A stretch of 12,323 bases of DNA, from the UHGV virus genome UHGV-1615994. One strand, written 5' to 3'. Below, piece after piece: positions 8,051 to 12,323 of the stretch. The position numbers were made by a program, and so were the translations under genes. Source of the stretch: a virus. Below the pieces are notes generated by a model. That model searched no databases. It had not been told where the DNA came from and worked only from the letters and a program-made list of their open reading frames with translations. Positions within the stretch are counted from its first letter, which is position 1; every line of letters begins with the position of its first letter.

Positions 8051-8463
8051 TGATTGTGCTGGTCGTGTTGTTATCGCTGGCGGTGGCGGGGCTGTTTCTG
8101 GCGAAGCATGAAAACGCCAGCCTGCGCGCCTCGCTGGACAGGGCGAACAACGTCGCCAGCGGGCAGCAGACGACCATCACCATGCTGAAAAATCAGCTTC
8201 ATGTTGCGCTCACCAGGGCAGACAAAAACGAGCTGGCGCAGGTGGCACTGCGTCAGGAACTGGAGAACGCCGCGAAGCGTGAAGCACAGCGCGAGAAAAC
8301 CATCACGAGGTTACTGAATGAAAACGAAGATTTTCGCCGCTGGTACGGTGCTGACCTGCCTGATGCTGTGCGCCGGTTGCACCAGCGCCCGGCCTGCACC
8401 GACGCCAGTGATTGTCCACAACGCCTGCCCGAAAGTGAGTTTTTGCCCGATGCCGGGCAGTGA
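8038..8463 (+). CDS. lysB: Inner-membrane spanin, Rz-like (P2 LysB-like), 141 aa
   Basis: Overlaps lysA by 13 nt. N-terminal transmembrane helix (LMIVLVVLLSLAVAGLFL) followed by a charged coiled-coil-like periplasmic region. Confidence 0.85.
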   Translation: MSKLMIVLVVLLSLAVAGLFLAKHENASLRASLDRANNVASGQQTTITMLKNQLHVALTRADKNELAQVALRQELENAAKREAQREKTITRLLNENEDFRRWYGADLPDAVRRLHQRPACTDASDCPQRLPESEFLPDAGQ

Positions 8464-8608
8464 CCCGGAGACGAACGGCGATTTAAGTGCCGATATCCGG
8501 CAGCTTGAGAACGCGCTGGCACGCTGTGCCAGCCAGGTAAAAATGATTAAACACTGTCAGGACGAAAACGATGCTCAAACCCGACAGCCTGCGCAGGGCG
8601 CTGACTGA
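8318..8608 (+). CDS. lysC: Outer-membrane lipoprotein spanin, Rz1-like (P2 LysC-like), 96 aa
   Basis: Starts inside lysB in the +1 frame, GAGG Shine-Dalgarno upstream. Signal peptide with lipobox (LMLCAGC), proline-rich mature region; extends past the lysB stop and overlaps the start of R. Confidence 0.8.
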   Translation: MKTKIFAAGTVLTCLMLCAGCTSARPAPTPVIVHNACPKVSFCPMPGSDPETNGDLSADIRQLENALARCASQVKMIKHCQDENDAQTRQPAQGAD

Positions 8609-9038
8609 TGCCGTCACGGTGCTGAAAACCAGTCCAGAGATGCTGCGGATATTCGTGGATAACGGGAGTATTGCCTCCACACTGGCGACGTCGCTGTCAT
8701 TCGAAAAGCGTTACACGCTCAATGTCATTGTGACCGACTTTACCGGTGATTTTGACCTGCTCATCGTGCCGGTGCTGGCGTGGCTGCGGGAAAATCAGCC
8801 CGACATCATGACCACCGACGAAGGCCAGAAAAAGGGCTTCACGTTTTATGCAGACATCAACAATGACAGCAGCTTTGATATCAGTATCAGCCTGATGCTG
8901 ACCGAGCGCACGCTGGTCAGTGAGGTGGGCGGCGCGCTGCATGTGAAGAATATCCCGGAACCCCCGCCGCCGGAGCCGGTCACCCGCCCGATGGAGCTTT
9001 ATATCAATGGCGAACTGGTGAGTAAGTGGGAGGAATGA
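8571..9038 (+). CDS. R: Tail completion protein R (P2 gpR-like), 155 aa
   Basis: 155-aa ORF; length and position match P2 gpR. Its stop is TGA at 9036-9038. Confidence 0.9.
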   Translation: MLKPDSLRRALTDAVTVLKTSPEMLRIFVDNGSIASTLATSLSFEKRYTLNVIVTDFTGDFDLLIVPVLAWLRENQPDIMTTDEGQKKGFTFYADINNDSSFDISISLMLTERTLVSEVGGALHVKNIPEPPPPEPVTRPMELYINGELVSKWEE

Positions 9039-9153
9039 GTTTAAGCGTTTTGAACACCGGCTGCCCGGACTTATTGAATCGCTGTCACCGTCAGGGCGTC
9101 GGCGACTGAGCGCCGAACTGGCGAAACGTCTGCGGCAGAGTCAGCAGCGCCGG

Positions 9154-9483
9154 GTGATGGCACAGAAAGCCCCGGACGGCACACCCTACGCGCCACGCCA
9201 GCAGCAGAGCGCCAGAAAAAAGACCGGTCGCGTTAAGCGAAAAATGTTTGCGAAACTTATCACCAGTCGTTTTTTGCATATCCGCGCCAGCCCGGAACAG
9301 GCATCAATGGAGTTTTACGGCGGGAAGTCACCGAAAATCGCCAGTGTGCATCAGTTTGGTCTGTCGGAAGAAAACCGGAAAGACGGTAAGAAAAGTGATT
9401 ATCCGGCGCGTCCCCTGCTCGGCTTTACCGGTGAGGATGTGCAGATGATTGAAGAGATTATCCTGGCTCACCTCGACCGTTAG
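9154..9483 (+). CDS. S: Tail completion / virion morphogenesis protein S (P2 gpS-like); canonical start only at 9154/9157
   Basis: Track ORF of 109 aa from GTG 9154 (ATG 9157). The same frame is open from 9022 and the upstream codons read like protein sequence (NEFKRFEHRLPGLIESLSPSGRRRLSAELAKRLRQSQQRR). A start at 9031 would give 150 aa, the length I recall for P2 gpS, but 9031-9033 is AGG. True 5' end uncertain; see findings. Confidence 0.7.
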   Translation: MMAQKAPDGTPYAPRQQQSARKKTGRVKRKMFAKLITSRFLHIRASPEQASMEFYGGKSPKIASVHQFGLSEENRKDGKKSDYPARPLLGFTGEDVQMIEEIILAHLDR

Positions 9484-9549
9484 TTGTGCCATTCCTGACA
9501 CCTCATCGTCACATTGCCGCCGGTATGACCCGGCGGCATCCTTCCCGTT
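9484..9549 (+). promoter_or_regulatory. Late promoter region upstream of the V-W-J-I-H operon
   Basis: 66-bp non-coding gap between S and V; in P2 a late Ogr-dependent promoter precedes V. Only imperfect dyads seen (TGT-N10-ACA at 9485-9500; TGT-N12-AGA at 9438-9455 inside the S 3' end), so the site is not pinned. Confidence 0.4.
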
Positions 9550-10185
9550 ATGAACACTCTCGCAAATATTCAGGAACTCGCGCGCGCACTGCGCAACATG
9601 ATTCGCACCGGCATTATCGTCGAAACCGACCTTAACGCCGGTCGCTGCCGTGTGCAGACCGGCGGCATGTGCACCGACTGGCTTCAGTGGCTGACCCATC
9701 GTGCCGGGCGTTCGCGCACATGGTGGGCACCTTCCGTGGGGGAACAGGTGCTGATTCTGGCCGTGGGCGGTGAACTCGACACGGCGTTCGTTCTGCCGGG
9801 GATTTATTCCGGCGATAACCCCGCGCCGTCTGCGTCGGCGGATGCCCTGCATATCCGTTTCCCTGACGGGGCGGTGATTGAGTATGAACCCGAAACCAGT
9901 GCACTCACGGTAAGCGGAATTAAAACGGCCAGCGTGACGGCTTCTGATTCTGTTACTGCCACGGTGCCGGTGGTCATGGTGAAAGCATCAACCCGCGTCA
10001 CCCTGGACACACCGGAGGTGGTCTGCACCAACAGGCTGATTACCGGCACGCTGGAAGTGCAGAAGGGCGGGACGATGCGCGGCAACATTGAACACACCGG
10101 CGGTGAACTCTCATCAAACGGTAAGGTACTGCATACCCATAAACACCCCGGCGACAGCGGCGGCACAACCGGGAGTCCTCTATGA
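9550..10185 (+). CDS. V: Baseplate central spike protein (P2 gpV-like), 211 aa
   Basis: 211-aa ORF, the P2 gpV length. C-terminal HTHKHP motif followed by a Gly/Ser/Thr-rich tip. Confidence 0.92.
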   Translation: MNTLANIQELARALRNMIRTGIIVETDLNAGRCRVQTGGMCTDWLQWLTHRAGRSRTWWAPSVGEQVLILAVGGELDTAFVLPGIYSGDNPAPSASADALHIRFPDGAVIEYEPETSALTVSGIKTASVTASDSVTATVPVVMVKASTRVTLDTPEVVCTNRLITGTLEVQKGGTMRGNIEHTGGELSSNGKVLHTHKHPGDSGGTTGSPL

Positions 10186-10529
10186 CAGCGCGTTATCTCG
10201 GAATGAATCGCAGTGATGGCCTGACTGTCACTGACCTTGAGCATATCAGCCAGAGTATCGGCGATATCCTGCGCACACCGGTCGGCTCACGGGTGATGCG
10301 TCGTGATTACGGCTCGTTGCTGGCGTCAATGATTGACCAGCCGCAGACCCCGGCGCTTGAGTTGCAGATTAAGGTCGCCTGTTACATGGCGGTGCTGAAA
10401 TGGGAACCCCGCGTCACCCTGTCATCCGTCACCACGGCGCGCAGTTTTGACGGGCGAATGACGGTCACGTTAACCGGTCAGCACAACGACACCGGCCAGC
10501 CACTTTCGTTAACCATCCCTGTGAGTTGA
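10182..10529 (+). CDS. W: Baseplate wedge protein, gp25-like (P2 gpW-like), 115 aa
   Basis: 115-aa ORF whose ATG overlaps the V stop (ATGA); length and position match P2 gpW. Confidence 0.92.
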   Translation: MTARYLGMNRSDGLTVTDLEHISQSIGDILRTPVGSRVMRRDYGSLLASMIDQPQTPALELQIKVACYMAVLKWEPRVTLSSVTTARSFDGRMTVTLTGQHNDTGQPLSLTIPVS

Positions 10530-10533
10530 AACC

Positions 10534-11442
10534 ATGCCGATTATCGACCTGAACCAGCTACCCGCACCGGATGTGGTCGAGGAGCTGGACTTTGAAACCA
10601 TTCTTGCCGAACGCAAGGCGACACTGATTTCCCTTTACCCGGAAGACCAGCAGGAGGCGGTCGCCCGTACCCTGACGCTGGAATCCGAGCCTCTCGTCAA
10701 ACTGCTGGAGGAAAATGCTTATCGTGAGCTTATCTGGCGTCAGCGTGTGAATGAGGCCGCACGGGCGGTGATGCTGGCCTGTGCCGCCGGTAATGACCTT
10801 GATGTGATTGGTGCCAATTACAACACCACGCGCCTGACTATCACCCCGGCAGATGATTCGACCATTCCGCCGACACCGGCAGTGATGGAATCTGACACCG
10901 ATTATCGTCTGCGTATTCAGCAGGCTTTTGAGGGCTTAAGCGTCGCCGGGTCGGTGGGAGCCTATCAGTATCATGGTCGCAGTGCCGACGGGCGTGTCGC
11001 GGATATCTCTGTCACCAGTCCGTCTCCGGCCTGTGTCACCATCTCTGTGCTGTCACGTGAAAATAACGGCGTCGCATCCGAAGACCTGCTGGCTGTGGTG
11101 CGTAACGCCCTTAATGGCGAGGACGTCAGGCCGGTGGCCGACCGCGTGACCGTGCAGTCTGCCGCCATCGTTGAATACCAGATAAACGCCACGCTTTACC
11201 TTTACCCTGGTCCCGAAAGCGAACCCATCCGCGCTGCCGCCGTGAAAAAACTGGAAGCGTACATCACGGCACAGCACCGGCTGGGGCGCGACATCCGTCT
11301 GTCTGCCATTTATGCCGCTTTGCATGTGGAAGGCGTGCAGCGTGTCGAACTGGCTGCACCACTGGCCGACATCGTGCTCAACAGTACGCAGGCGTCTTTC
11401 TGTACCGAATACCGCGTCGTGACCGGAGGCTCGGATGAGTGA
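10534..11442 (+). CDS. J: Baseplate wedge protein J (P2 gpJ-like), 302 aa
   Basis: 302-aa ORF directly after W; length and position match P2 gpJ. Confidence 0.92.
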   Translation: MPIIDLNQLPAPDVVEELDFETILAERKATLISLYPEDQQEAVARTLTLESEPLVKLLEENAYRELIWRQRVNEAARAVMLACAAGNDLDVIGANYNTTRLTITPADDSTIPPTPAVMESDTDYRLRIQQAFEGLSVAGSVGAYQYHGRSADGRVADISVTSPSPACVTISVLSRENNGVASEDLLAVVRNALNGEDVRPVADRVTVQSAAIVEYQINATLYLYPGPESEPIRAAAVKKLEAYITAQHRLGRDIRLSAIYAALHVEGVQRVELAAPLADIVLNSTQASFCTEYRVVTGGSDE

Positions 11443-11965
11443 TTCGCGACTGCTGCCGACCGGCTCATCACCGCTTGAAGTCGTCGCCGCAAAAGCCTGT
11501 GCGGAAATTGAAAAAACGCCGGTCAGTATTCGTGAGCTGTGGAACCCGGACACCTGCCCGGCAAATCTGCTGCCGTGGCTGGCGTGGGCGTTTTCGGTCG
11601 ACAGGTGGGATGAAAAGTGGCCGGAAGCGACCAAACGCGCCGTTATTCGTGATGCCTATTTCATCCACTGTCATAAAGGCACTATCGGCGCAATCCGGCG
11701 TGTGGTGGAGCCGCTCGGCTATCTCATCAACGTGACGGAGTGGTGGGAAACCAGTGACCCGCCAGGCACCTTCCGGCTTGATATTGGTGTACTGGAAAGC
11801 GGCAATGTATCAGGAAATGGAACGGCTGATTGCCGATGGCAAACCTGCAAGCCGCCACCTTATTGGCCTGAACATTACCCGGGACATTCCCGGCTACCTG
11901 TTCGCCGGTGGTGTGGCTTACGACGGCGATGTAATTACGGTTTACCCCGGATAAGTGAGGAATAA
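11435..11965 (+). CDS. I: Baseplate protein I (P2 gpI-like), 176 aa
   Basis: 176-aa ORF overlapping the J stop by 8 nt, GGAGG Shine-Dalgarno upstream; length and position match P2 gpI. Confidence 0.9.
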   Translation: MSDSRLLPTGSSPLEVVAAKACAEIEKTPVSIRELWNPDTCPANLLPWLAWAFSVDRWDEKWPEATKRAVIRDAYFIHCHKGTIGAIRRVVEPLGYLINVTEWWETSDPPGTFRLDIGVLESGNVSGNGTADCRWQTCKPPPYWPEHYPGHSRLPVRRWCGLRRRCNYGLPRISEE

Positions 11966-12323
11966 TGAGCACAAAATTCAGAACCGTTATCACCACTGCC
12001 GGTGCAGCAAAGCTGGCAGCGGCAACCGCGCCGGGAGGGCGGAAGGTCAACATTACCACGATGGCCGTCGGGGATGGCGGTGGTAAATTGCCTGTCCCGG
12101 ATGCCGGACAGACCGGGCTTATCCACGAAGTCTGGCGACATGCGCTGAACAAAATCAGCCAGGACAAACGAAACAGTAATTATATTATCGCAGAGCTGGT
12201 TATTCCGCCGGAGGTGGGCGGTTTCTGGATGCGTGAGCTTGGCCTGTACGATGATGCAGGAACGTTAATTGCCGTGGCGAACATGGCCGAAAGTTATAAG
12301 CCTGCCCTTGCCGAAGGCTCAGG
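11965..12323 (+). CDS. H: Tail fibre protein (P2 gpH-like), 5' partial (first ~119 codons)
   Basis: ATG at 11965 overlaps the I stop (TAATG), GAGGA Shine-Dalgarno upstream. The frame is open to the window edge (MSTKFRTVITTAGAAKLAAATAPGG...); this is the conserved baseplate-attachment N-terminus. Confidence 0.9.
   Translation, partial: MSTKFRTVITTAGAAKLAAATAPGGRKVNITTMAVGDGGGKLPVPDAGQTGLIHEVWRHALNKISQDKRNSNYIIAELVIPPEVGGFWMRELGLYDDAGTLIAVANMAESYKPALAEGS

Noticed and set aside
9035-9109. ATG at 9035 overlapping the R stop (ATGA) as a possible start for S
   Set aside because: It is in the +2 frame, gives only a 24-aa peptide (MSLSVLNTGCPDLLNRCHRQGVGD) ending at TGA 9107-9109, and I see no convincing slippery heptamer for a programmed -1 shift into the S frame.
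1-12323. Search for tRNA, CRISPR repeats, IS inverted repeats, integrase, toxin-antitoxin or defence-system cargo
   Set aside because: No repeat-spacer periodicity, no tRNA-like structure noticed, no transposase- or integrase-like ORF, and no unexplained gene-sized gap; the window is filled by the conserved late gene set. The known accessory loci of P2-family phages lie outside this region.

Overview
The window is an almost complete late (virion morphogenesis plus lysis) region of a P2-family temperate phage (Peduovirus-like), in prophage or circular form because the cohesive-end site lies inside the window rather than at a sequence end. Gene order and lengths match the P2 map as I recall it: cos (115-133), then Q (portal) and P (large terminase) on the minus strand, a divergent late-promoter region, then on the plus strand O (scaffold), N (major capsid), M (small terminase), L, X, Y (holin), K (endolysin), lysA, lysB/lysC (nested spanins), R, S, a short promoter gap, V, W, J, I and the 5' part of H (tail fibre). 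Genes are tightly packed with many overlapping stop/start codons. I see no tRNA, rRNA, CRISPR array, IS element or integrase. I also find no ORF that points to an undescribed accessory or defence system: every long ORF is accounted for by a known P2 late gene, and the remaining track ORFs are antisense shadows. The most unusual observation is that tail-completion gene S appears to lack a canonical start codon where its reading frame begins. All family assignments are from recall of P2 proteins and motifs; no database search was run.
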